From: Tepidisphaeraceae bacterium
GTDB lineage: Bacteria; Planctomycetota; Phycisphaerae; Tepidisphaerales; Tepidisphaeraceae
Length of the DNA: 14,667 bases
NCBI GenBank assembly: GCA_036744635.1
Contig: DAIOHQ010000111.1
Location: 1 to 14,667 of the forward strand
Direction: 5' to 3'
Below, in pieces: positions 12,621 to 14,667 of the stretch (the first letter of the stretch is position 1; the number at the start of each line of letters is the position of its first letter). The notes under the pieces are model-generated. The model saw only the letters and a list, made by a program, of their open reading frames with translations, had not been told where the DNA came from and did no database searches. The translations under genes were made by a program, and so were the position numbers.

Positions 12621-14057
12621 TCACATGTTTTCGAATGCCACCGACTCCACGAGCCGGGGGTCCATTCTTGGCCGCAGGCTGTGCCGGGCGAGCAGGCGCA
12701 CAAACGCGGCCAGGAAAATCCCGCCGATGCCTACGAAGGTCACCACGTCCAGAAGGCCGAAGTACGCCTTGCCATCGAGTTCGGGAACGATAAGCCAGTA
12801 GAGGTCGATCCAATGGAACACCAGCAGCCAAACCGCCCAAAACGCCAGCGCCGTCTTGCGGCGCTTGACGTGGCGGGAGAGGAGCCCGGCAAAGGGGATC
12901 AGCAGATTGCCAAAGAGCAGGGCGATGGCGACGCCGCTCCAGACATTGGCGCCGCCGTGGGCGGTGCTGGCCCCGCGCCGGACCAGCCAGCCGGTTTCTT
13001 CCGGGATGCTGGCGTACCAGATGAGCATGTACTGGCTGAAGGCGATGTAGCCCCAGAAGAAGACAAAGCCGAAGAGCCATTTGCCCAGGTCATGGTAATG
13101 CTCGTTGTTGACGCTGCGTTGCAGGTATCCCCAGTGCTGCATGAGCATCAGGATCAGGATAAGCGTGGCCAAGCCGCTAACCACCGAGCCGGCAAAGAGG
13201 TAAACGCCGAAGATGGTGCTGTACCAGTGCGGGTCGAGCGACATGACCAGGTCAAAGACAGCAAAGGTGAGCGTCAGCCCGAGCACAATGAGCGCAGGGG
13301 CGCTGAGCGTCTGCATGCGCATGGTGGCGGCGGCGGCGGCGGAGGGGGAGCCGCTGATGTCCTGCTTCCAGGATTGCCGCCAGTACCAGTGCCCCATCAG
13401 TGACCAGACCACGAAATAGCACAGGATGCGGGCGATAAAGAAATGGCCGTTGAGCCAGGAGCGCTTGGACAGGGTCAGCTCATCGGGCGGCTGCACGCCA
13501 TGGGCGCTGGGATGCTCCTCGAGTTGTGGGGCGGCGGAAAAGGGGTCAGACCCCGTTGTGCGCAGCACCCTTGGGGCCGTTCCGGCAACGGGGTCTGACC
13601 CCTTTTCCGCCCCCTTTTCCGCCCCTGACCCCTTTTCCGCCCCGAGCTGGTGTGGAATGGGTTGGGCCCCCTGGGCCCAGCGATACAGATCGCCGTGGCC
13701 AAGCGCCACCGAAATCAGGATCGGCGCCGACAAAGCCAGCAGGATCGGCATGGTTGCCCCCAGCGCCTCGGCCACCCGGCGCACGCTGACGCTCCAACCG
13801 GCGCGGGTCAGGTGCTGGATCAGCACGAAGAAGATCGCTCCGAGGGCGATGGTCAGGAAGAAACAGAAGCTGACCAGATAGGTGAAAAAGAAGCGGCGGA
13901 AGCTGGGATCGATGACATAGCCCAGGAGCAGGGAGGCGAGCAGGCCAACGATGCCGGCCACGCTGGCCGTGCGGTAGGCGGGCCAGGCGCTGGCCGCCAG
14001 GTTGAGCCTCTCGCGCGGGGCAGGGGGGGTCTCGGATTGTTCTGCGTGTGCTGACAA
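12621..14057 (-). CDS. actF: Alternative Complex III membrane subunit ActF-like (NrfD/PsrC-family polytopic quinol-binding subunit), about 478 aa
   Basis: It has about 10 predicted TM helices (…VAGIVGLLASLLLGYVI, FFFTYLVSFCFFLTIALGAIFFVLI, …HWYSTIFGVYLFAGSVVSGLATLILI, …LFGFVFFWGYIAFSQYMLIWYASIPEETGW…). It immediately follows actE, as in actABCDEF operons. The ORF-track start at 14312 overlaps actE by 222 nt. The first in-frame start after the actE stop is the TTG at complement(14055..14057), preceded by a G-rich stretch with GGAG. The start is uncertain, and the family call is from memory of ActC/ActF features. Confidence 0.62.
   Translation of the reverse strand: MSAHAEQSETPPAPRERLNLAASAWPAYRTASVAGIVGLLASLLLGYVIDPSFRRFFFTYLVSFCFFLTIALGAIFFVLIQHLTRAGWSVSVRRVAEALGATMPILLALSAPILISVALGHGDLYRWAQGAQPIPHQLGAEKGSGAEKGAEKGSDPVAGTAPRVLRTTGSDPFSAAPQLEEHPSAHGVQPPDELTLSKRSWLNGHFFIARILCYFVVWSLMGHWYWRQSWKQDISGSPSAAAAATMRMQTLSAPALIVLGLTLTFAVFDLVMSLDPHWYSTIFGVYLFAGSVVSGLATLILILMLMQHWGYLQRSVNNEHYHDLGKWLFGFVFFWGYIAFSQYMLIWYASIPEETGWLVRRGASTAHGGANVWSGVAIALLFGNLLIPFAGLLSRHVKRRKTALAFWAVWLLVFHWIDLYWLIVPELDGKAYFGLLDVVTFVGIGGIFLAAFVRLLARHSLRPRMDPRLVESVAFENM
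13533..13641. repeat. In-frame repeat cassette inside actF: a 26-bp perfect inverted repeat (13533-13558 / 13586-13611) plus 3 tandem copies of CCCTTTTCCGCC
   Basis: GCGGAAAAGGGGTCAGACCCCGTTG… and …CAACGGGGTCTGACCCCTTTTCCGC are exact reverse complements separated by 27 bp. They are followed by …CCCCTTTTCCGCC CCCTTTTCCGCC CCTGACCCCTTTTCCGCC. On the coding (minus) strand this encodes the low-complexity loop …GAEKGSGAEKGAEKGSDPVAGTAPRVLRTTGSDPFS…. Confidence 0.6.
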
Positions 14058-14089
14058 CTCAAAGACTCCAACCCCCCCTAGAACCGGGG

Positions 14090-14667
14090 CTACTTCAACT
14101 TCTCCAGCGTCTGCGGCGGTACGGCCTGCGCCGGCGCCTCCTGGCTTAGCTGCAATGCGCGGAGGTAGGCGACAATTGCCCAGCGATCCTCCACCGGAAT
14201 TTGGGCGCCGTAACCGGGCATGTTGCGGATGCCGTTGTTGATCGTGTTGTACAAGTGCCCATCCGGCCGGCCGCGTACGGTCTCGCCGTGCAGGTCGGCG
14301 GCGGGCGTCCACTGCGCTTCGGACTTCACCTGCAGCTCAAGGGCCCGCTCGTTGACCGGCCCATGGCCGTAGCCGTCCAGGCCGTGGCAGGTGGCGCAGT
14401 AGATATTGAATCGCTGCTGGCCGCGCTTCAGAAGATGCTCCGTGAGTTTGATTTGCGGCGGCAGACCGTCGAAGAAATGCGCATCCCACGTTCCCGCTTC
14501 CTCGTTGAGTTTCCGGGAAAATCCGCGGTAGTAGTGATCATCTTCCTGCAATTGCCCGCGGGCGACCGACCCTTCGATGACCGGGCGGTCGGCCCGGCTG
14601 TCAGCGAAGATCGGACTGAACACCTGGGCCCGATACCCGGGCTGTTTGTCCATATCCTGAAACAGAT
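14090..14667 (-). CDS. actE: Alternative Complex III monoheme cytochrome c subunit ActE, 5'-truncated by the window end
   Basis: …RGQQRFNIYCATCHGLDGYGHG…GHLYNTINNGIRNMPGYGAQIPVEDRWAIVAYLRALQLSQ matches the characteristic ActE signature (CXXCH followed by …Y..I.NG…M..Y……RWAIVAY.RALQ). The reading frame stays open upstream of the ATG at 14653 to the window edge, and no signal peptide is present yet, so the true start lies beyond 14667. Confidence 0.8.
   Translation of the reverse strand, partial: LFQDMDKQPGYRAQVFSPIFADSRADRPVIEGSVARGQLQEDDHYYRGFSRKLNEEAGTWDAHFFDGLPPQIKLTEHLLKRGQQRFNIYCATCHGLDGYGHGPVNERALELQVKSEAQWTPAADLHGETVRGRPDGHLYNTINNGIRNMPGYGAQIPVEDRWAIVAYLRALQLSQEAPAQAVPPQTLEKLK

Noticed and set aside
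12576-13403. 275-aa plus-strand ORF, plus 13426..13881 and 13650..14054
   Set aside because: It is antisense to the ActF-like membrane protein. The products are Gly/Ala/Pro/Arg-rich.
12621-14312. Full-length 563-aa version of the ActF ORF
   Set aside because: Its first 85 codons overlap the 3' end of actE by 222 nt in another frame, and they are Arg/Pro/Gly-rich. Homologous TM helices begin only after the actE stop, so the start was trimmed to the TTG at 14057.
1-14667. CRISPR arrays, rRNA, tRNA and transposase / integrase genes
   Set aside because: I found no regularly spaced direct repeats, no rRNA-like conserved stretches, no convincing cloverleaf, and no DDE / tyrosine recombinase-like ORFs. 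The only repeat families are the local ones listed under features and findings.

Overview
The window is GC-rich (about 65 %) and appears to come from a diderm bacterium, given the lipobox lipoprotein and an outer-membrane beta-barrel protein. Most of it is a minus-strand respiratory cluster.

- **Left end (1-5,460).** It holds the 5' end of atpD (minus) with its own promoter, a structured non-coding spacer and a small hypothetical ORF. After these come a flotillin/SPFH (band-7) membrane protein (minus), a divergently transcribed DUF2203-like gene (plus) and sulfate adenylyltransferase sat (plus). The genes are separated by strong GC hairpins.
- **Right end (5,461-14,667, all minus).** The cluster begins with the last two genes of an Alternative Complex III, actE (5'-truncated by the window edge) and actF. 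A small single-TM protein follows. After that come oxidase subunit II with CuA and a fused cytochrome c domain (caa3-type), a fused subunit I+III, and a small subunit IV. An AT-rich promoter island then precedes a periplasmic monoheme cytochrome c, an outer-membrane beta-barrel protein and a monoheme cytochrome c lipoprotein.
- **Main finding.** The subunit I of this otherwise A-type (caa3-like) oxidase has a non-canonical binuclear centre. The first His of the W-x-H-H-x-F CuB motif is replaced by Gln (WGQHLF). The D-channel Asp and Glu and the K-channel Lys are all substituted, while CuA in subunit II and the other five haem/CuB histidines are intact. This pattern resembles divergent, non-pumping members of the haem-copper oxidoreductase superfamily. 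The NOR-like families proposed by Hemp and Gennis are the nearest comparison, but I cannot verify family membership without a search.
- **Other observations.** An in-frame MITE-like inverted repeat with tandem repeats sits inside actF. Long G/C homopolymer tracts lie inside coxI, coxII and the actE-actF junction. A nested palindromic element lies upstream of atpD, and there are mirror-image twin terminators.
- **Not found.** No rRNA, tRNA, CRISPR array or obvious transposase was seen.
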